From positions 67,288 to 131,287 of the forward strand of contig CAZZJC010000006.1 of the NCBI GenBank assembly GCA_964654285.1: DNA of 64,000 bases, written 5' to 3'. This stretch comes from an uncultured Candidatus Kuenenia sp. (GTDB taxonomy: Bacteria > Planctomycetota > UBA11346). Shown one piece after another: positions 7,869 through 17,418 of the stretch (position 1 is its first letter; each line of letters starts with the position of its first letter). Below the pieces are notes generated by a model. That model made no database searches, was not told where the DNA came from, and was given only the letters and a program-made list of their open reading frames with translations. A program made the position numbers and the translations under genes.

Positions 7869-9059
7869 ATGACTGGACCAAAGTTGGAGGTTGCCACACT
7901 CGATCTGACTATCGCCAGATTCCACTCCCTCGATATTTTGAGAGGACTCGCTGCGCTTTGCGTTGTATTTTGGCACTGGCAGCATTTCTTCTATGAAGGT
8001 TCCGCACTCGGCCCATTTATACCGACTGATCAGCCGGGATTCAGATACCTCTCACTTCTGTATGCTCGTGGGTGGTTAGCTGTTGATCTATTTTTCTGCT
8101 TGTCGGGTTTTATATTCTATTGGTTGTATTCTCAGCGAATCGTGGACAGGACGATAACTCCCAGCCGATTCGCTTTATTGCGCCTCTCTCGTTTGTATCC
8201 GTTACATGTCGTCACTTTAGTTCTTGTCTTGATTGGTCAGTGGTGGCTGACTTCTGCAGGATCAAGGCCATTCGTCTACGCCCACAATGACGGATACCAC
8301 TTTTTGCTGAATCTGGCATTCGCCTCAAACTGGGGATTCGAGCGCGGATTTTCCTTCAATGCTCCGATCTGGTCTGTGTCGGTCGAAGTATTGCTGTATG
8401 CCATCTTCTTCTGCGTTTGCCGGTGGCTGCCGATTCGAGGGTTGGCCCTCGTGATCCTAGCGTTGATTGGACTCCTGGTTGTGCAACGGTTCAATCTCTT
8501 CCTCGGGAGAGGTGTTGGGTCGTTCTTTCTTGGTGGTTGCGCATTTCTTGTTTATATTAGAGTGCGAAGGTCGTCCTGTGTGGCAATTTTGACCTGGACT
8601 GTAATTGGAACCACGATGCTTTTTTGGACGATTGCTATCGTCATTGCAGTAAATCCTCAACTGAGCGCTGCCATCTCCTTGCGCGATACAACCTTATTGG
8701 CTAAATTCGATGACGCGTTGCAAGCAATGCTGGCAACTTGGCCTGTCGTTGTGCTGTTTCCTCTGACCATCCTCGCGCTGACCCTGTTCGAGACGCTACG
8801 TGGTTCGTTTGCCCGGCGATTTTCATGGATCGGGAACATTTCCTATTCATCGTATTTACTTCACTTTCCACTGCAATTTATCTTTCATGCAGTCGCTCTC
8901 CGTTGGACAACCGGCAACATGATCTTTTATGAGCCGTGGGTGATGGTATTATTCTTCACAATACTTATTGGACTGAGTATGCTGAGTTTTCATTTTTTCG
9001 AGATGCCGGTCCAGAATTATTTGCGGCGTTTCGAAATGAATTCCGTGGCCAAATGGTAA
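7869..9059 (+). CDS. Acyltransferase family 3 (OafA/YrhL-like) integral membrane O-acyltransferase
   Basis: FHSLDILRGLAALCVVFWHW...LAVDLFFCLSGF...RLYPLHV contains the characteristic acyltransferase-3 motifs and about 10 TM helices. It lies in a segment of lower GC. Confidence 0.8.
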   Translation: MTGPKLEVATLDLTIARFHSLDILRGLAALCVVFWHWQHFFYEGSALGPFIPTDQPGFRYLSLLYARGWLAVDLFFCLSGFIFYWLYSQRIVDRTITPSRFALLRLSRLYPLHVVTLVLVLIGQWWLTSAGSRPFVYAHNDGYHFLLNLAFASNWGFERGFSFNAPIWSVSVEVLLYAIFFCVCRWLPIRGLALVILALIGLLVVQRFNLFLGRGVGSFFLGGCAFLVYIRVRRSSCVAILTWTVIGTTMLFWTIAIVIAVNPQLSAAISLRDTTLLAKFDDALQAMLATWPVVVLFPLTILALTLFETLRGSFARRFSWIGNISYSSYLLHFPLQFIFHAVALRWTTGNMIFYEPWVMVLFFTILIGLSMLSFHFFEMPVQNYLRRFEMNSVAKW

Positions 9060-9188
9060 TCCAACAACGCTTTTACCTAGTGCCACCTGCCTAGATGAAC
9101 CTATCCGACCAATTAGATCGCAGTCTAAACGAATGCGAGGGATTTTCAACTCGTGTCTTTCCTCTGGTGACGTTTCGCTTACGCGATT

Positions 9189-10055
9189 TCAGATGAGCTG
9201 CTCAGGTGGATACGACCTGTAGAGCCATGACGGTTTGCGACCATCACAAGCATGGGTAGCCCTGGCGCGGCAAAATAGGTACTGGCCAAGGTCTTCTCCT
9301 CGATGCGCGACCAACGGAGCGATGGTTTTCAGGTCGTAGAATTCGCCGGCGTGATTGTCATGTACATCCGAAGAAATCAACAAATCAACCGTAAATCCGG
9401 CGTGAGTCAGCAATCGGTGGAGGTCGTGCTTGTTGTATTCACGGTTGTGCCGCCCATGCGGACCGTAATGCGAATAGGGATCGTATATATTCACGCCAGC
9501 AAGCATGCGGGCGACGTTCTCAAGTCGGCACACGTTGGGAGTGCTGAGGATAAGGGTACCCCCGGGCACCAGACTGCGGTGCAGACGAAGCAGGAACTGT
9601 AGTGGGTCGCGTATGAGATGCTCAATCACCTCGCAGCACAGGACGACCTCGAAGTTGGTTGCCCAGGGTGATTCAGCGACCTCCATGTCAAGGTTGGGAT
9701 ACGACATGTCGTAGCGTTCGCCCGTCATGGCATTAACCATCGTTTGCAAACCATTGGCAGGCAATCCCTCGAAATAATTAAGACATTGTACCTGCCAGGA
9801 TGTAAATCGTCGCAGGAGCAGGGTCGTAAAATATGGGTTTGAACCGACCTCAAGCAGACGGCCGCTGCCGGGCGGAACAAGTGACAATGTCAAGAGGAAT
9901 CGACGAAAATCCGTATCTAGGTACGAACGCAACGCTGATGGATCAGCATTGTCGAGCGAAAACCCGGCGAGCCAATCCCTGAGCGCTACTTCGTCCCATC
10001 CCGGTGGGCAGGTGAAGGGCAGCGGTGTAAGGAGCGGAAATAATTTGATCGTCAT
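9189..10055 (-). CDS. Class I SAM-dependent methyltransferase
   Basis: LLEVGSNPYFTTLLL...VVLCCEVIEHLIRDP...LVPGGTLILSTPN shows SAM-methyltransferase motifs I, II and III. The start overlaps the stop of the 1160-aa GT (ATGA). GC is lower here. Confidence 0.75.
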   Translation of the reverse strand: MTIKLFPLLTPLPFTCPPGWDEVALRDWLAGFSLDNADPSALRSYLDTDFRRFLLTLSLVPPGSGRLLEVGSNPYFTTLLLRRFTSWQVQCLNYFEGLPANGLQTMVNAMTGERYDMSYPNLDMEVAESPWATNFEVVLCCEVIEHLIRDPLQFLLRLHRSLVPGGTLILSTPNVCRLENVARMLAGVNIYDPYSHYGPHGRHNREYNKHDLHRLLTHAGFTVDLLISSDVHDNHAGEFYDLKTIAPLVAHRGEDLGQYLFCRARATHACDGRKPSWLYRSYPPEQLI

Positions 10056-13000
10056 GGGTGGTCCTGGGTTGCTTCATATAGCCCGCCTGAAACAAGCAAA
10101 GCCGTGATCTGTTCCGGCGCATGGCGCTGACGCACCCATGCGGCAGCTTGGCCCACCGTTCCCAGGTCAAGAGTGGCCCTGACGGCTGGGGCGAATTCGT
10201 GGGAATCTGCCCAGTCGCGTCCGCCACCGCTGCGTTGGGTGAGGTCGACAGTGACACCACAGCGACGGTTGACTAGAGTCGGGCGGCCAAGCGACCACGC
10301 CTCGAGGATGACCAGAGACAGGCTTTCATTGGGAGAAGGATTGATGAGCAGACCACAACCGGCTATGGCGTCCCACCGACTCGTCTCGTCTACGAAGCCC
10401 AATGCCTTCACGTCAGGATGATCGGGAACCTGCATCGCAGCCCTGCCGATCAAGACCAGGGGAGGAAGACCGGCACCGGCCGCCTGGGCAGCCAAGTAAT
10501 GGTCGAATAGAAGGTCGCACCCTTTGCCTGGGTCGATACGGCCCAGGTAGAGTATGTAACCGCGTTGCAGTCCATGACGGACCAAAAAGCGATCACTGTC
10601 CACGTTGGTAGGCGGTTGGATGGCAGCTGAGACCACAGGCCCATCCACGCTGAGGTCATGGAAACGCATCCGCACGTGCCTGCGTTCCCATTCACTGAGG
10701 TACCAGAACGCCTTGGGCAGGCGGAAAAGACGGTCCCAAAAGCCAAAACGCATGCACCATTCGTCATGAGCGCAGGGTGCCAGGATGGCACGATCAGCAA
10801 CGAGTGGCAGACCAAACCATGTGGTCGCATAGAGGTAGCCCACAAATATCACGGCATCGTATTGGTTTCCGTTGCGACGCAGGTGGTCGTTGAGGGAACT
10901 GCTCACCGGCCCTTGCAAACGCATCCATCGGTCGGCGTCGTCTGGTCCGGCATTCTCAAGTCCAGTTTGTACAAGTTCAGCACTGCACGCATCGAAGGCA
11001 GTGACGTTGCGGGGAATATCGACCTTGAAACGTCGCACCCGGACGCCCTCAACCTCGTCATCGCCAACTTGATAAAAATTCTCCCAGGTCATGTAATCAC
11101 GGGCGCAAGTTGTTAGTACCTCGACTTGGTTTCGTCCCAGACAACTACCCACCAGTCTGGCCCAAGCCAGGGCGAGGGCCTCGGCGCCGCCAGCAACCTC
11201 GCGCCCACAACGGGTGACCACCACAGCAACTTTAGGCGGAAAAGCCGCCTGCAGGGCCGACAACCAGATCGGACGAACAACAGCTGGAAGAAAGTCACGC
11301 AGTCGCTTTCGTTGGCCGATCAGGATCCGGCGGCGGTCTGCGGGTTCCATTGCGGCGGCGATGGCCGTCGCAATGGCGGTATCGTCTGCGTCTGGCGGCA
11401 AGCACACGCCAGCCCCACCCAAAGTCTCGCCCACTGCGGCATGGTTGAGGGCAACTACCGGCACTTCAAAGGCCATGGCTTCGACGAGCGGGACACCAAA
11501 GCCCTCGTGTTCTGACACTGATACGTAGACATCGGCGGCACGATACGCGGCAGCCAATTGAGCCTGGGTGGCCTTGGTAATTATGCGCACCTGTCCTGTC
11601 AGATCCTCGGCCGTGAGGTCGGCGAGAACAAAGCGAGACCAGTCATCACCAGCGTCAAAATGGCCAACTAAAATGAGACTGGCCGGTATTTTATTCGCGC
11701 GTAACCGGCGAAGGATGGCCAACAATCGATCCTGGCGTTTGTTGGGCGCTAAGCGCCCAACAAAAAGAAGGCGCGGCGACGGCAGTAAGAGCAATTCGGA
11801 TTCAAGAGCGTTCTCGGGCGGTTGACACCAGGTCTCGGGCTGAAAAGGGAGTGTCAGGATGTCACCGGCTGGCGGCAGATGGACGGCACGTGCAAACTCG
11901 TCCCGATTGAACACGGAATCGTGAAATCGTATCGGGAATGCCGCTGCCAATGCCGGCAAGGCTTCAATGCCGGCCTGCAGATTACTGGCTGTCTGAGGGT
12001 CATGCGCGAAGAACCGTGGCGGTGTGATATTGTGGTCAAGCAAAGCCTTGGGTCCGCGATATGAGACCGCCCAATCGGTCGCTGGCGAACCTATGCTGTG
12101 ATGGTAAATTATCGGTTCATCGGTAAGCGAAACCGACGGTAGCGGTAAAACTCGATCAGCTAGTGCAGGGTCGAGGTAGCGGGCGATCAGTTTGCTGTCC
12201 ATTCCCCAACTGCGAAACCAACTTTGTACTGCGATGGCCTCGGAACTAATGGCATCACCAGGGCGGCAGGCGGTCAGCACTTGGTGCAAGTGACGCCTGA
12301 TCAACGGGAATCCTGGCGGTCGGCTAAGGGAGTCGACCAGAGTAATAATGCGGTCAATGACCTTGTCCCAACTCGACAACTCGCGTCCAGTAGCTTGACC
12401 GACCTTGCCCCATGCCGCCAGTTTCTCTGCGTCTGCGTCGGCTAGTTCGCCAATGATTCGTTGCCAGTCATTATCCGAATTAGCCATGGGAGCGCCGGCT
12501 ATCGCCGCCGCCTCGGCGGTGGCGTTACACCGCGCATCGACTGCAACCGGCCGGCCTAGATGCCAGGCCTCCATGAGGACCCGTGAGTAGGCTTCGTGGC
12601 GGCTTGGAACTGCAAGGGCTAGGCAATTAGCCAGTAGCCAGTTGCGGGTGCCATTGTCGACTAAACCAAGATCATGGACGCAATTTGGCAGATCGGCATA
12701 GCTGCGCCCATCGCTACCCGGTCCAGCAAAGACAAGGTCGAGCCCGCAACCACCTGCCGCCCGCCAGCGGAGGAAGGCGTCAGTTAGAACATTGCAGCCC
12801 TTGGAGGGATCGCGACGTCCGAGACAAAGCAAAAATCGTCCAAGGCCAGAAGTCGCCGCAGGGGGCGAGGCTGGAATTGCCAACGTCTCGGGTTCGATAC
12901 CAGTGCCAACCATGTGCAGACGACCATGCAAACCGGCCCCGAGAAGCCGGATAGCCAGCGAGGCCTCGCCAGTGCTGATCGCGGCTATAGCAGGTACCGA

Positions 13001-13534
13001 CATCGCAAGACGCGAAACGGCGGCCATGCGCGCATAGCCTTCATCATGAAGGCAAGGCATCAGTATGCCACGCGATCCGGCTAGACGTACCGCATCGAGA
13101 ACTAAACCAAAACCATAGGGCAGACCTATAACTGCAGCGTAGTCTGTCACATGCCTGGCGATGCGCCGTAAAAGGCTTGGGCTATTGATCCCGTGTGCCA
13201 AGAAGGCGTCCTCGACCCCTGGAGGGATCGCTCCGACAGGTGCGTGATCCCACTCGCCGCGAATGAACCGGATGTTGGCATTATCAAAAGCCGTGCTGTC
13301 GCGCTGACTGACCAGAAAGCGGCGCACCAGCACCGGGCCATCCAGACTGAGACCGGGATGCAGGACGTTGTTCGACCAGGGATCTTGGAAACGTGGAACG
13401 CAGGTGGTCAGAATCTCCACCCGGCGTCCACGTTGACTCAAGCGATGGGCCAGGGCACGGGCCAGACTCTCGGCCCCTCCCTGGCAATTGGGGCCATACC
13501 ATGGCACGACGATAGCAATGGGTTGCCCGTTCAT
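10052..13534 (-). CDS. Three-module GT4 (GT-B) glycosyltransferase, 1160 aa, WbdA/WxcA-like polymerising mannosyl/rhamnosyltransferase
   Basis: Module 1 (aa 1-~400) IAIVVPWYGPNCQGGAESLARALAHRLSQRGRRVEILTTC; module 2 (~400-770) ...FVGRLAPNKRQDRLL...EHEGFGVPLVEAMAFEVPVVA; module 3 (~775-1160) KVAVVVTRCGREVAGGAEALALAWARLVG...VEVLTTC...LEAWSLGRPTLV. The modules are paralogous to the ORFs at 19293..21608 and 21605..22777. Confidence 0.85.
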   Translation of the reverse strand: MNGQPIAIVVPWYGPNCQGGAESLARALAHRLSQRGRRVEILTTCVPRFQDPWSNNVLHPGLSLDGPVLVRRFLVSQRDSTAFDNANIRFIRGEWDHAPVGAIPPGVEDAFLAHGINSPSLLRRIARHVTDYAAVIGLPYGFGLVLDAVRLAGSRGILMPCLHDEGYARMAAVSRLAMSVPAIAAISTGEASLAIRLLGAGLHGRLHMVGTGIEPETLAIPASPPAATSGLGRFLLCLGRRDPSKGCNVLTDAFLRWRAAGGCGLDLVFAGPGSDGRSYADLPNCVHDLGLVDNGTRNWLLANCLALAVPSRHEAYSRVLMEAWHLGRPVAVDARCNATAEAAAIAGAPMANSDNDWQRIIGELADADAEKLAAWGKVGQATGRELSSWDKVIDRIITLVDSLSRPPGFPLIRRHLHQVLTACRPGDAISSEAIAVQSWFRSWGMDSKLIARYLDPALADRVLPLPSVSLTDEPIIYHHSIGSPATDWAVSYRGPKALLDHNITPPRFFAHDPQTASNLQAGIEALPALAAAFPIRFHDSVFNRDEFARAVHLPPAGDILTLPFQPETWCQPPENALESELLLLPSPRLLFVGRLAPNKRQDRLLAILRRLRANKIPASLILVGHFDAGDDWSRFVLADLTAEDLTGQVRIITKATQAQLAAAYRAADVYVSVSEHEGFGVPLVEAMAFEVPVVALNHAAVGETLGGAGVCLPPDADDTAIATAIAAAMEPADRRRILIGQRKRLRDFLPAVVRPIWLSALQAAFPPKVAVVVTRCGREVAGGAEALALAWARLVGSCLGRNQVEVLTTCARDYMTWENFYQVGDDEVEGVRVRRFKVDIPRNVTAFDACSAELVQTGLENAGPDDADRWMRLQGPVSSSLNDHLRRNGNQYDAVIFVGYLYATTWFGLPLVADRAILAPCAHDEWCMRFGFWDRLFRLPKAFWYLSEWERRHVRMRFHDLSVDGPVVSAAIQPPTNVDSDRFLVRHGLQRGYILYLGRIDPGKGCDLLFDHYLAAQAAGAGLPPLVLIGRAAMQVPDHPDVKALGFVDETSRWDAIAGCGLLINPSPNESLSLVILEAWSLGRPTLVNRRCGVTVDLTQRSGGGRDWADSHEFAPAVRATLDLGTVGQAAAWVRQRHAPEQITALLVSGGLYEATQDHP

Positions 13535-15345
13535 GACCGTCCCCCCGGCTTGATGCTGATCAGGCCGAGATCCTGAGGACCATGGAGTGCGAGGTTAATC
13601 CTTGCCCGCGCATCCGTATCGCCGATGACAGTAGAGAGCGCCGCGCCGTCTGTATGTAAGTGCAATGGGCCGACCACCGTGAACCCGCCTTCGGCGACCA
13701 GTACTTCAAGAAGGGCGCGCGGCACCGGCCGCAAATGGGTTGGATCGAGCCAAAAAGTGTTGGCCCCCACCTGCAGGTTGGATGAATCTGGCGTCTCGAT
13801 CATCAACAGACCGCCCGGGGCCAGAGCGCGGTAGGAGGCCCGAATGAGACGCCAGATTCGATCAATCGGTAGATGCTCGACGACATGGAAGACAGAAACA
13901 ACGGCTAAGTTATCCTCAGGTTGAGACTCCAGCCAAGCGCAACCTTCATTAAGTTCAGCCCGCTGTCCCTTGATTCGGAGCGCTTCGACGAACTCTTTAT
14001 TAAGATCAATGCCGATAGGATCGCAATCTTCGGCAATCAACTCGAGCCATTCTCCACGACCACAACCGATATCAGCAACGGTGCGCAGTCCTGTGCGCGA
14101 CACAGCAGCCACAAGGTGCGGCCTATAGACTGCAACACGGTTGTGTATATCCACCATGGAACCGCGCAAACGCGCCTCGATTGCTGCGTAGACTCGGTCT
14201 AACTGCGCCTGCGTCGCATCAGAGGAGGAGAGGGGGGCCTGGGCGAGTGCGATCCGGTCGACCACAGAGGTCATTGCTGCAAGACGATGTTCGAGAGTCT
14301 GGCTTTGTAGGAGTAGGCCGGCTTCTGCCTCAACCTGATGCGCAACGCCCGCCTCCAAGTCGCCCAATTTTCCCACCTGGATTTGTAACGAGATTTCGAG
14401 AGCCTCCTGGCGTTCACCCATGGCCCGGATCTTGGCCTCGCATGGGGCGATGCGGTGTTGCGCGTCGACCACTTGCGCAAGCGCATGTGTCGTGCGCCGG
14501 GATTCCTGCTCTTGACGCTCGACGATGGTCTGAATATGCGCCTCAGTAGAACGAACGCGCTTGTCCGTGACGTCTGTCCGGGTCTCAACACCGGTCAACC
14601 TCGCGGATTGCGTGGCAAGGGATTGTTCACAGGCTTTCAGACGGGATCCAAGTTCCATTACCGATTCGGAGCCAACGTGGATGGCGTCCTCAATGGCCCC
14701 GATCTGATCGAGAATCGAGAGGATGGCCAAGTGGCGTTCGTGGTTGAGTTGGAGCACCAGATCGCGCAATGCCGTCGCTTTTGATTCCAGATTGGCGTCT
14801 ATTCGCTGAGTCTCGACAAACCGCTGATGGTTGAAATCAAGCATTTGCGCCGACAGCGCCGCGACCGATTGGTGGCGTTCGTGATTCAGAGTCAGCGCCA
14901 AGGAGCGCGTATGGGATAATTCGATCAACATATTGCGCATCTCGAGAACCTGACTCTCGATTCTTTCGCGGGCCTCAATCTCCATCCGTAATCGGCAACC
15001 GAGGGCATCACGATGGCGGTCCAGGAGTGAGAATGGAAGCAAGAGGCGTGCCAATCCAAGCAGTCGGCCGAGAATCGGGATGCGGGAAATGCGTTGACGC
15101 CAACGAAACCGGCTTAACCCCGGGAATGGTGCTGTAGCTGATCTGGACTTTCCTTCCATTGATTCAGCCAAGGCAAGGACAATTTCTAGCTTTGATAAAC
15201 GCCCGTCAGTCAAGGCGGACAGATGTAAGTTCATACCCGACGAATCGGGCCCTCTACCAAGAATCGAATGATATGCGGCAAGCAGGAACTCAGGTCCATC
15301 CAACGCCAGTAGAGCATCCATATCCACCGGATTCGGATAATTCAT
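13531..15345 (-). CDS. WbdD-like chain terminator/ruler candidate: N-terminal DUF4214, central coiled coil, C-terminal class I SAM methyltransferase
   Basis: N-terminal FLLAAYHSILGRGPDSSGMNLHLSALTDG...LALAES resembles DUF4214. About 250 aa follow with heptad-like repeats (LTLNHERHQSV..., LVLQLNHERHLAIL...). The C-terminus has VADIGCGRGEWLELI...VFHVVEHLP...LAPGGLLMIETPD, the methyltransferase motifs. The gene is ATGA-coupled to both neighbours. Confidence 0.7.
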   Translation of the reverse strand: MNYPNPVDMDALLALDGPEFLLAAYHSILGRGPDSSGMNLHLSALTDGRLSKLEIVLALAESMEGKSRSATAPFPGLSRFRWRQRISRIPILGRLLGLARLLLPFSLLDRHRDALGCRLRMEIEARERIESQVLEMRNMLIELSHTRSLALTLNHERHQSVAALSAQMLDFNHQRFVETQRIDANLESKATALRDLVLQLNHERHLAILSILDQIGAIEDAIHVGSESVMELGSRLKACEQSLATQSARLTGVETRTDVTDKRVRSTEAHIQTIVERQEQESRRTTHALAQVVDAQHRIAPCEAKIRAMGERQEALEISLQIQVGKLGDLEAGVAHQVEAEAGLLLQSQTLEHRLAAMTSVVDRIALAQAPLSSSDATQAQLDRVYAAIEARLRGSMVDIHNRVAVYRPHLVAAVSRTGLRTVADIGCGRGEWLELIAEDCDPIGIDLNKEFVEALRIKGQRAELNEGCAWLESQPEDNLAVVSVFHVVEHLPIDRIWRLIRASYRALAPGGLLMIETPDSSNLQVGANTFWLDPTHLRPVPRALLEVLVAEGGFTVVGPLHLHTDGAALSTVIGDTDARARINLALHGPQDLGLISIKPGGRS

Positions 15346-16583
15346 ACCGGCACCAGCGCCTTTTTATCCGTGGCTTCCGACAAGGTGGCTCGTAATCGGG
15401 TGTGACCTATAAACATTGGCCCAATGATGCCTTTCACTGTGAAGCTCGTAAGGTTGTCATGCCAATGGTAGCAGTCCTTAAGATGATGGTCCTGACTGTG
15501 GATGGCTACAGTGAGCGAATATTTTCCCGGGGCAATATCCATGTCCATGGTGAATCGGAAACAATAACGCTTACCGGGAACAACCTCGGGACGATGACCG
15601 AGATGCCAGGAATTGGTACCGAAGACATCCTGGCCGAAACGGTCGGTGATCTTGATCCCGATGGTCGCCTGGGGAATGGGGTGCTCGCAGTCGATCTCGA
15701 TCTCGATGGTGGTCGACTCTCCACTCTGGACCACATCGCCATGCGAGATCGAACCCAGGATGCGGGCGGCGACGATCCGGGCGGCATAGGTCCCGTAGGA
15801 TTGCTCGGCTTGCCTGGCTAAGGTGGAGATCTTCTGCGCCTGGATCCGATCCTCGCTATCTCCCATCTTGGCGAGAAGGAAATTGTAGGCGTTGGTCACC
15901 GGCTCAGGCAGTCCATCTTCGATCACCCGACCGCGATGGAGGAGGATCGCCCGATCGGTCAGGAGTTTGATCGAGTTCATGTCGTGGGAGACGAGGATCA
16001 GACTGCCGCCCTTGGCCTTGAAGGCGCGGATCCGTTCCAGGCATTTGGCGCCGAAGTGGGCGTCGCCCACCGACAGGGCCTCGTCGACGATGAAGCAGAC
16101 CGGTTCACTGTGGATGGCTATGGAGAATCCCAACCGCATCAACATGCCGCTGGAATAGGTCTTGACTGGTTCGTGGATGAAATCGCCGAGTTCGGTGAAG
16201 TCGATGATGGCCTGACGTTTGCTGGCGATTTCTGGTGGCGTCATGCCAAGAATGAGACCGCTGAGATGGATGTTTTCGATCCCGGAGAGTTGATTATTGA
16301 AACCGGCGCCGATCGCGAGCAGTCCGATCCGGCCGGCGCCATCGACGGAGATCCGGCCCTGGTCCGGGAGAAGCATGCCGGCCAGAATCCTGAGCAGGGT
16401 GCTCTTGCCGGCACCATTAGGGCCGATCACGCCGAGAGATTCACCCGGTTGCAAGGTGAAGGAGATGTCGTCCAGTGCCTGGAAATCCTTGTGATAGGGC
16501 CGCCGAAAGAGGATCTCCTTGAGCCGGTCCGCAGGATTGCGATACAGGCGAAACCGCTTGCTGATGTGGTCGACCGAAATCAT
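15342..16583 (-). CDS. wzt: O-antigen/teichoic-acid export ABC transporter ATP-binding protein (Wzt/TagH family) with a C-terminal glycan-binding domain
   Basis: [20 protein letters not shown] is the Walker A; [14 protein letters not shown] is the ABC signature; [11 protein letters not shown] is the Walker B. An extra C-terminal domain of about 160 aa is typical of Wzt. Confidence 0.9.
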   Translation of the reverse strand: MISVDHISKRFRLYRNPADRLKEILFRRPYHKDFQALDDISFTLQPGESLGVIGPNGAGKSTLLRILAGMLLPDQGRISVDGAGRIGLLAIGAGFNNQLSGIENIHLSGLILGMTPPEIASKRQAIIDFTELGDFIHEPVKTYSSGMLMRLGFSIAIHSEPVCFIVDEALSVGDAHFGAKCLERIRAFKAKGGSLILVSHDMNSIKLLTDRAILLHRGRVIEDGLPEPVTNAYNFLLAKMGDSEDRIQAQKISTLARQAEQSYGTYAARIVAARILGSISHGDVVQSGESTTIEIEIDCEHPIPQATIGIKITDRFGQDVFGTNSWHLGHRPEVVPGKRYCFRFTMDMDIAPGKYSLTVAIHSQDHHLKDCYHWHDNLTSFTVKGIIGPMFIGHTRLRATLSEATDKKALVPV

Positions 16584-17347
16584 AGGAAATCCCGGACATC
16601 ACGTTCAAGACGGCGGAAGAGCAGCACTGCCACCAGACTCAGGAGGCATCCGACGAGGAGCATCCCCATCAGGACATGCCAATCAGGGAATTGGTGCAGG
16701 ATGAAGATCCGGTGGTAGCAGTCGATGCCGATCGCGGTCGGGTTGGCCTCGACCACTGGTCGTACCGCCGCCGGCACGATGTCCTTGAGGTAGACGATCG
16801 GAGTGAGCCAGAACCAGAGCTGGAAGACGATGTTGGCAACTTCCTTGAGGTCGGGCAGGAAGACCGTGAAGGTGGCAAGGAGCAGGCCGATGCCGTAGGC
16901 GATGAGTTGCTGCGCGATGAACACCGGGATCAGGGCCACCAGCGGCCAACCAGGAAATTCCCCGTTGGCGAAAGTCAACACCAGGAGGATGCCGGTAGTC
17001 ACCAGGTAGGTGAAGGTCTCGGCCAGGATGATGTAAATTGGCAACAGAGGCAGACTGGTCTGCATCTGCTGGATCATCGGCTTTTTGTCGCTGAAGACGG
17101 TGGCGCATCGCAAGCACGTCATGCTGAAGGCGGTCCAGGGCAGCAGTCCGCTCATCAGGTAGATGCCATAACCCCAGGCGGAACCGTTGCCCGGCAGGCG
17201 GGCGGACATGATCTGGGAAAAGATCACCGTGAAGATGAAGACCATCACCAACGGCTGGATCAGGGCCCAGGTGCCGCCCAGGGCGGAGCCGCTGAACCGG
17301 TCGGTGAGGTCCCGTCGGGCGAGATGGAGGAGCAGGGCCGGCGACAT
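16580..17347 (-). CDS. wzm: ABC-2 type polysaccharide export permease (Wzm)
   Basis: MSPALLLHLARRDLTDRFSGSALGGTWALIQPL... has six TM helices in an ABC-2 permease architecture. Its stop overlaps the wzt start (ATGA). The listed 302-aa ORF has an N-terminal extension, so the start is placed at M48. Confidence 0.85.
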   Translation of the reverse strand: MSPALLLHLARRDLTDRFSGSALGGTWALIQPLVMVFIFTVIFSQIMSARLPGNGSAWGYGIYLMSGLLPWTAFSMTCLRCATVFSDKKPMIQQMQTSLPLLPIYIILAETFTYLVTTGILLVLTFANGEFPGWPLVALIPVFIAQQLIAYGIGLLLATFTVFLPDLKEVANIVFQLWFWLTPIVYLKDIVPAAVRPVVEANPTAIGIDCYHRIFILHQFPDWHVLMGMLLVGCLLSLVAVLLFRRLERDVRDFL

Positions 17348-17418
17348 GGAAGGCGCGGCACCATATAGGAGCCTTGCGCAGTATCCAGGGGGCTTGAGGT
17401 GGCGGCAACGATCCAAGG

